From the NCBI GenBank assembly GCA_023205875.1, contig CP060754.1:682001-746000 (forward strand): DNA of 64,000 nt, written 5' to 3'. Shown in pieces: positions 57,174-64,000 of this stretch. Source of the DNA: Chloropicon primus (Eukaryota). The notes below the pieces were generated by a model. The model did no database searches. It was not told the origin of the DNA and worked only from the letters and a program-made list of their open reading frames with translations. The translations under genes and the position numbers were made by a program. Position 1 is the stretch's first letter. Every line of letters begins with the position of its first letter.

Positions 57174-58355
57174 TTAGTTGTAGAACTTTCCCCTCCTTGC
57201 AGGCACGGCGACCTCCCTCGGTGGTATGACCCACTCCATTTTAATCGGGTCGTATTTTCCCACCCTCCCCGGGAAAGCCACCCTCTTCTTACCCTTTTGC
57301 GTCAGGTAGTCGTTCGCCTTGAGCGAGGGGGAGGAAGGGTCCTCCACCCAGTCGTTCTTTATCGGGTCGTACTTGCCGTACTTCCTCTCCTGGTCGTCCG
57401 ACTTGAGCTTGCCGATGATTTTCGCGGTGCCGCCGTCCGAGGCGATGAGGTCCGTGCCCGCGGTGAGGGAGGCAGGCGGGGCCGTGCCCGGCCTAGCGCT
57501 GATCCACTCGTGCCTCAGCGGGTGGTAGTACCCGTCGTGGACCTGGGGCAAGTCCACCCTCCTCTTCCTCTGGGGCAGGGAAGTCTTCTCCCTGTCGTGA
57601 AAGTTGGAATCCCTTGGCGCTATGATCCACTTGTTGGTGATCGGGTTGTACTTTCCGATGTGGGGTGGATAAGGCACCCGCTTTATGTGCTGCTTCTCTA
57701 CCTCGCTCATGATCACGTTCCCGCTTATGTCTAACGTGCCCCCCGTGGTCTTCGGCCTCGAAAGTCTTTCCTGGAACTCCTCCTCTGACGGGGGAAGCCG
57801 CCACTCGTGAAGGATAGGGTCCCAGATTCCCTCAGAGGCAGGCCTCACCTTTGCCTTTCCACCCAAGTAAAGCTTCCCGTTGTCGTCTATGCCCACAGAC
57901 CTGTCGTTGTTCATGTGGTGAGCGGTGAACTTCTCCGAGAGCTTCATGTGCGCTTGGCGCTTGGCTTCCCAGAACGCACACTCCTCCTGGTACTTGCGGT
58001 CGAAGTTCTCCTCGCAGATTTTTGTGGGCCTCAAGGGCAGGTGCGTGGCCTTGAGCAACGGGATGGAGATGTCCGCCTGCGAGTTTTACCAGACCCGGGA
58101 ACGCAAAGAACACAAGGCAGGGTGTCAAAACTTGTCCAGCGGGCCATCCTTTTCGCGAAACGGAAAACGGCGCTCTCTTTTGGCCTGGTCGAGGGAAACG
58201 AAGAGGCTTCTCGTGGTGGTTCGTACCTGCTTTGCTGCCGAGTAGGACGGCCTTGACCGCGAGATCCTGGAAGACATGCTGCCAATCTGAGAAGGCACAT
58301 CCTGCACGCCAGAATCAATTTCGTAGAACACCGTTGGAACGTCTCTCGAGGCCAT
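57174..58355 (-). CDS. Uncharacterised protein with five G-x-[YW]-[DNH]-P-[IL]-x3-W repeats (1 intron)
   Basis: MASRDVP...AAKQ spliced to ADISIPLLK...; repeats read directly from the translation. Confidence 0.7.
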
Positions 58356-58952
58356 GGTGCCTCAAAACGAACAACTCACTGGGACTAAGGGAACAACTCC
58401 TCCCTCCCTCTCTTTCCCTCTCTCTCTTTGTCTCCCCTCCGGACTCTTCGTTCCCCGATTTTCTCCCGTGAAGAGACAACCTAAAAGCCTCGCGACGTCT
58501 CTGAGGTCTCCTTCCTTGCTCGCTATTGTTTCTCCCGCGTGCTCTCGTCTTTTCCTTTCTTCGCTTCCTTACACCTTCTCTCTCACCTCGTTAACATAGC
58601 ACCCAAGTTGACATCTATTCCGAGTCGGTGGCTTGTCTCCCGCGTAGAATGCAACACGGCACGCGTACCTGTCTTCGGTTCTCCAACGTCTCCTCTCCCT
58701 CTCCGGTTCACCAGCGTCTATCGTCGTGGTCCAAGTCCAAGGCTCTTTGCTCCTCCCTCCCTTGGCGATGGCCCGTCTTTCTCAACGATCTGAAACCCCG
58801 CCGTACAATGACCGTTGGTCTCTTTAATGCGGAAGAAGAGAGAGAGACGAAAGCAAAGGGGGAGGAGGAGAGAGGTCGGTCGGTCGGTTTTCCTAAGAGA
58901 AGTTATGGATGATGGAGCAATGGCAGTGCTTGGATTGTTTCACAAACGTTTG

Positions 58953-60281
58953 TTAGACGCAGGCCACGCAGCGGCCTTGAGCAAGGACGCCGTTCTCGTA
59001 CTGCATGCCCTTGGGCGATATGATGTCGGAGTTCGTGGAGTTGAACGGCACGCAGACCTCTCCCTTGCACACCCCGCCGGCAACGGGGTCGGGCTTGAGG
59101 GCGACGTAGCACGTCGACCCGTGGCCGAAGAAGCACCTCGGGATGCTGCTCTGAAGCAGGGTGAACTGATTCCACGTGCCGCAGGGCTCTTCCTCCCTCG
59201 CGCTGATGCAATCCCCCTTGTATATCTGGGTCGAGGGCACGCCGCAGAGCCAGCCTATCGGTCCCTCGTCGCTGCTCTCCTCGCCCTCCGTCAGTTGGAG
59301 CGTGCAATTCAGAGGCTCGAAAAGGCCCTGTCCGGGGGGCAGCGGCCCAGCAACCACCCGCTCCCGCGTCGGCGACAGGAAGTGGTAGAGGACGAGCGAC
59401 ATCATCACCAAAATGGATGTTCCCACGAGGACGATGATCGACGAGTTCATGGCACCCCTGTTCCTCCAGAGCCGCTGCATGCAAGTCCTGAGCCTCTCGT
59501 TCTCGATGTTCAGGAACATCTCCTCCTCCTCCTCGTCCTCCTCCAAGTTCGCCTGCACCCCGAACGCGCTCCGCTGGGAAGATCTCCTCGAGGACATCAA
59601 AAACTGGACGTTCCACTCGTCCAGCTCCTCCTGAGGAAGCTTGAAGCTCTGCTGGCATATCTCGCACGCCAGCGTTTTCGACTCCCTGATCCACTTGTTC
59701 AGGCAGCTCTTGTGCAAGTAGGCCATCGTTCCGCTGCACCCGCAGACGTCCGAAAGGAGCGGCTCGCCCTTCTCCTCTTCCCCCTCGAAGCAGATCCTGC
59801 AGTAAGCAGCCGAGCGGCTCTCGCGCTTGTCGGCGCTTCCCTCCGCGACCCCTGCGGCGCCGCAGACTGGCTGGGACTCGGGGTGGGCGGCGGACCGGGA
59901 CCCGGCCTCCCGCCCCACCGAGTCTTCGGAGGACGTGAACCTCGCCCCTCGGCTGCTCCCATAGTACGGCAAGGAGGTCGACTGCACGTCCCCGCCGTCC
60001 ACCGTCCGCGCGCTCAGGGGCTCCTCGAGGTCACCGTCCTCGTCCTCGGACTCCACGTCCCCGTGCCGCTGCTTCGCGAGCCTCTCCGAGAGCAAAGCAA
60101 ACTTCCTCCTCTCTTGTAAAATTTGACTCCTCGGAGACGCCACCTCCTCCGCCGTTTCCGGTTCCGGTTCCTCAACACCATCACCCGCCTCCTCGCTCCC
60201 AACGCCGTCGGTACCAACCTCCCCCCCCTCCTCCCTCTCCCTCTCCCTCCCCCTCTCCATCGCGCCTGCCCTGTCCTCCAT
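58953..60281 (-). CDS. RING-CH (MARCH-type) E3 ligase with one TM and a Cys-rich C-terminal domain
   Basis: CRICF...CGCSGTMAYLHKSCLNKW...CEIC; TM IIVLVGTSILVMMSLVLY. Confidence 0.85.
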   Translation of the reverse strand: MEDRAGAMERGREREREEGGEVGTDGVGSEEAGDGVEEPEPETAEEVASPRSQILQERRKFALLSERLAKQRHGDVESEDEDGDLEEPLSARTVDGGDVQSTSLPYYGSSRGARFTSSEDSVGREAGSRSAAHPESQPVCGAAGVAEGSADKRESRSAAYCRICFEGEEEKGEPLLSDVCGCSGTMAYLHKSCLNKWIRESKTLACEICQQSFKLPQEELDEWNVQFLMSSRRSSQRSAFGVQANLEEDEEEEEMFLNIENERLRTCMQRLWRNRGAMNSSIIVLVGTSILVMMSLVLYHFLSPTRERVVAGPLPPGQGLFEPLNCTLQLTEGEESSDEGPIGWLCGVPSTQIYKGDCISAREEEPCGTWNQFTLLQSSIPRCFFGHGSTCYVALKPDPVAGGVCKGEVCVPFNSTNSDIISPKGMQYENGVLAQGRCVACV

Positions 60282-60481
60282 TACCCCACGTAACGCTTGC
60301 TCCGGCCTCGAGTCGCCTCTCGATTTCAATTTCTCTTTCCCACGGACAAAGTCCAAATCCCAAGATCTTGGTCTTGGGTTGGGAGGACTGAGGAGGGCGA
60401 CGCTCACTTGTGTGCGTTTGCAAGGACGGCTGGATTGGGCCGGCGTGCGACGCGTGCACGAGCAACCAGGCTTGCGGCACG

Positions 60482-63400
60482 ATGGAGGACGCGCACGCCA
60501 AGGAGGTGTGGGAGGTGCTGGAGGGGCTCGGGGTGGATGAGAGGAGGGGGCTGGACGACAAGGATGTCCTGAAGCAGAGGGGGCTGCACGGGAAGAACGA
60601 GATACCGCCGGAGAAGGGAACGCCGTTCTGGAAACTCGTGCTCAAGCAGTTCGATGATCTCCTGGTGAAGATTCTCCTGGGGTCCGCTGCGGTTTCCGTG
60701 ATCTTGTCCTTCGCCAACGGGGAGACGGGGGCGGCGGCCTTCGTGGAGCCCTCGGTGATTCTGCTGATACTGATCGCGAACGCGGTGGTGGGGGTCGTCA
60801 CCGAGAGGAACGCGGAGCAGGCCATAGAGGAGCTCAAGGCGTTCGAGGCCGAGAACGCGACGGTGCTCAGGAAGGGGCGCCTCTCGATAGTGGACGCGAG
60901 CGATCTCGTGCCCGGGGACATCGTCGAGTTGAGCGTGGGCTGCAGAGTCCCAGCCGACTTGAGGATAATCGAGCTGCTGTCGTCCACGCTCCGCGTGGAC
61001 CAGGCCCTCCTGACGGGGGAGAGCATCAGCGTGGAGAAGGACACAAGGAAAACGAGGGAGGTTGACGTGGTCTACCAGGACAAGACCTGCGTGCTCTTCG
61101 GGGGCACTGTGGTGTGCGCGGGGAGAGCCCGGGCCGTGGTCATCGAGACTGGAAGCAGGACCGCCATCGGAAAGATCAGGAACGAGCTGTCTGAAGTGGA
61201 GGAGAACCTGACGCCCCTTCAGAAGAAGTTGGATGAGTTCGGGACGCTCCTCTCGAAAATCATCGCGGGGGTCTGCATTCTCGTGTGGATCGTGAACATC
61301 GGGCACTTCAAGGATCCGGTCCACGGGGGGATGGTGCGCGGAGCGATTTACTACTTCAAAATCGCGGTCGCCCTCGCCGTGGCGGCGATACCAGAGGGCC
61401 TTCCAGCAGTCGTGACCACTTGCTTGGCCCTGGGAACGAAGAAAATGGCGAAGCAGAACGCAATAGTGAGGTCCCTGCCCTCGGTGGAGACTCTGGGATG
61501 CACCACAGTAATCTGCAGTGACAAGACGGGTACCTTGACCACGAACATGATGAACGCGACCAAGCTGTGCGTCGTCGACTCTTCCACCAGCCCAAGCTTG
61601 AAGGAGTACGACGTCACGGGAAACACGTTTGCGCCCGAGGGCATGATCATCGATTCGAGCGGAGTCGTCCTGGACCAGCCGGCGGACCAGCAGGCAATAC
61701 TCCATATCGCGTCGTGCGCCTCGCTCAACAACTGCTCCACGCTCCGCTACAGTGCCGAGGCGGACGCTTACAAGAACATCGGCGAGTCCACGGAAATCGC
61801 TCTGAGGGTTCTGGCGGAGAAGATCGGCTTGCCTGGATTCGACTCGATGCCGTCCGCTCTGAACCAGCTGAACAAGAGCGAGAGGGTCAACTTTTGCACC
61901 AACTACTGGGAGGCCCAGTTCATGAAAGTGGCGACTCTGGATTTCACGCACGAGCGGAAAATGATGAGCGTGATGTGCAAGAGGAAGGGCCAGGAGATCC
62001 TGTTCACCAAGGGCGCCCCCGAGACTGTCTTGGATAGATGCACGGACATGCTCGCGAACAGCGAGGGAAAGTCCCTCCCCCTGACGCAAGCAATGAAGAG
62101 CCAGATCTTAAGCAAAGTGCAGCACTACGGGGAAAAGCAGGCCTTGAGGTGTTTAGCACTGGCGCTGAAGCCCATGCCGCAAGGGAAGCAGACCTTGAGC
62201 GAGGGTGACGAGAGGGACCTCACCTTCCTGGGGATCGTCGGGATGATTGACCCACCAAGATCGGAGGTCCACAAGGCCTTGATGACGTGCAAAGCGGCGG
62301 GCATAAGGGTCGTCATGATCACTGGGGACAACAAGTGCACGGCAGAAGCAATTGGATCGCAGATCGGGCTTTTCGATACAGTTGATGACGTGGTTCCCTA
62401 CGGCACCTCGTTCACCGGGAAAGAATTCGACAAGAAGAGTCCGGCGGAGAGGGCTGAGATCGTGAAGGAGATCTCGGTCTTTTCTCGGGTCGAGCCATCG
62501 CACAAGTCAAAGATCGTCGCGGAGCTGAAGAAGCAGGGCCACGTCGTTGCCATGACGGGGGACGGCGTGAACGATGCCCCTGCCCTGAGGAGTGCTGACA
62601 TCGGAGTCGCCATGGGATCCGGGACCGCCGTTGCACGCCACGCGTCGGACATCGTCCTCACCGACGACAACTTCTCTTCCATTGTTCTTGCCGTCGGGGA
62701 AGGCAGAGCAATTTATAACAACACCAAGCAGTTCATCCGCTACATGGTCTCCTCCAACATCGGCGAAGTGGTCTGCATCTTCATCGCCGCCGCCCTTGGA
62801 ATTCCTGAGCCTCTCAACCCCATCCAGCTGCTCTGGGTGAACTTGGTCACGGATGGTCTGCCCGCGGTCGCGCTGGGCTTCAACAAGCCGGACAGGGACA
62901 TCATGCAGGTCCGGCCGAGGAAGGTGAAGGACGCGATAGTCGATAGGTGGCTCCTAATCAGGTACCTCATCATCGGCTTGTACGTGGGCATAGTCACCAT
63001 CGTCGGCGAGATCTGGTGGTTTATGGCCTCGGACACTGGACCCAAGCTGTCCTGGAAGGCCTTGACGACCTTTGACGCTTGCGTGGAGGGGTCCCAGGAG
63101 TGGTCGTGCAACGTGTTTAAGGACAACAATGCCTCCACAATATCGATGTCTGTTCTGGTCGTGGTCGAGATGTTCAACGCCCTGAACGCTCTCAGCGAGA
63201 ACGGCAGCCTCCTGCGGCTACCCCCCTGGACCAACATGTGGTTGATCAGCGGAATCTCCGTGTCCATGCTCCTCCACGCCATGATTCTGTACTCGCCGGG
63301 CCTGGCGTCGATCTTCTCCGTGGTGCCTCTCACCTACTCGGAGTGGAAAGCTGTCATCGGGTTCTCCTTCCCGGTCATCGTCATGGACGAGGTCTTGAAG

Positions 63401-63532
63401 TTCATCACGAGGAACTTCATGATGTACCCGGGGCAGCCGAACTTGTTCAACAGACTGGTCACCAGGATCCCACTGCTGTACAAGCTCATCTCCCGCAACC
63501 AACCCGAAAAGGAGAGAAGCTTCACGGTGTGA
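60482..63532 (+). CDS. ECA3: P2A-type Ca2+/Mn2+ ATPase (ECA3/SERCA-like)
   Basis: TGES, IPEGLPAV, DKTGTLTTN, KGAPE, TGDGVNDAP, QLLWVNLVTDGLPA. Confidence 0.93.
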   Translation: MEDAHAKEVWEVLEGLGVDERRGLDDKDVLKQRGLHGKNEIPPEKGTPFWKLVLKQFDDLLVKILLGSAAVSVILSFANGETGAAAFVEPSVILLILIANAVVGVVTERNAEQAIEELKAFEAENATVLRKGRLSIVDASDLVPGDIVELSVGCRVPADLRIIELLSSTLRVDQALLTGESISVEKDTRKTREVDVVYQDKTCVLFGGTVVCAGRARAVVIETGSRTAIGKIRNELSEVEENLTPLQKKLDEFGTLLSKIIAGVCILVWIVNIGHFKDPVHGGMVRGAIYYFKIAVALAVAAIPEGLPAVVTTCLALGTKKMAKQNAIVRSLPSVETLGCTTVICSDKTGTLTTNMMNATKLCVVDSSTSPSLKEYDVTGNTFAPEGMIIDSSGVVLDQPADQQAILHIASCASLNNCSTLRYSAEADAYKNIGESTEIALRVLAEKIGLPGFDSMPSALNQLNKSERVNFCTNYWEAQFMKVATLDFTHERKMMSVMCKRKGQEILFTKGAPETVLDRCTDMLANSEGKSLPLTQAMKSQILSKVQHYGEKQALRCLALALKPMPQGKQTLSEGDERDLTFLGIVGMIDPPRSEVHKALMTCKAAGIRVVMITGDNKCTAEAIGSQIGLFDTVDDVVPYGTSFTGKEFDKKSPAERAEIVKEISVFSRVEPSHKSKIVAELKKQGHVVAMTGDGVNDAPALRSADIGVAMGSGTAVARHASDIVLTDDNFSSIVLAVGEGRAIYNNTKQFIRYMVSSNIGEVVCIFIAAALGIPEPLNPIQLLWVNLVTDGLPAVALGFNKPDRDIMQVRPRKVKDAIVDRWLLIRYLIIGLYVGIVTIVGEIWWFMASDTGPKLSWKALTTFDACVEGSQEWSCNVFKDNNASTISMSVLVVVEMFNALNALSENGSLLRLPPWTNMWLISGISVSMLLHAMILYSPGLASIFSVVPLTYSEWKAVIGFSFPVIVMDEVLKFITRNFMMYPGQPNLFNRLVTRIPLLYKLISRNQPEKERSFTV

Positions 63533-63580
63533 TGATTGGTGGTGGTGGTGGTGGTGATGATTGGCAATCCTTGTTGTAAT

Positions 63581-63776
63581 TTATTGTGTTTTGTTTAACC
63601 GGAGCTCTTCCAGGGTGTAAGACCTCTTGGGAACGAGCCTCGCACCCCCGAAGCCTTCCAGCACCCCCGCCTTCTTCAGCTCCCTCGCCAGTTCGGTCGC
63701 CGTGCCCCTCCGGCCCGCATCGACCTCTGCCTGGATCCTCTGCGCGGAGACCCCCTGTCCGCCTTTGCCTTTGCCA
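63581..63776 (-). pseudogene. Truncated fragment resembling a green-lineage plastid membrane protein family (At5g27290-like)
   Basis: Frame GVLEGFGGARLVPKRSYTLEELRLNK stops two codons later (TQ*). The nearest ATG is out of frame and an in-frame TGA lies upstream. Confidence 0.4.
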
Positions 63777-64000
63777 TGTGATCCTCAATCGTTTGGATGA
63801 GGCACTTTTTGGACGGGCTGGGACTTTGGGACGAAGGAGAAGGATGAACGCGACGGCCACGAGCCGCTTGGTGGAGCGGAGGACTGCGGGGGGCTTGAAG
63901 CAGGCGCCCCGGGCGACGTCCTCCGCCCCCGTCTTCGTGAGGAAAGCCCCGAAACGACTGGTCGTCTCCACGAGGGCGACGCAACCGAATGCCCCGAGGA

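Overview
This is a very gene-dense, GC-rich eukaryotic nuclear window with about 44 protein-coding genes in 64 kb. It has short GT-AG introns with CTRAC branch points, (CT/GA)n microsatellites near promoters and TGTAA poly(A)-type signals. Plastid-targeted genes (PPOX, BCCP, shikimate kinase, thylakoid pentapeptide protein, PETs polyprotein) indicate a compact green alga. A prasinophyte-grade chlorophyte such as Chloropicon is an inference. Most genes are housekeeping: DHODH, MIS12, NSE3, KU80, PP1, DHX8/PRP22, YKT6, RNR2, ECA3 and others. Manual splicing recovered several genes the ORF track misses or fragments: an AK7-like kinase, a secreted HAD phosphatase, NDUFB4, two COMMD genes and an ankyrin protein. 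The most notable items are a TMEM65-GAF fusion, two COMMD (Commander complex) genes, cilium-associated genes including a novel G-x-Y-D-P-I-x3-W repeat protein, a secreted His-rich beta-propeller, a tandem HARE-HTH protein, near-identical EF-Ts repeats, and frequent AAG splice acceptors with distant branch points. No tRNA, rRNA, CRISPR array or recognisable transposon was found. All product calls come from motif recognition by eye; no database search was run.
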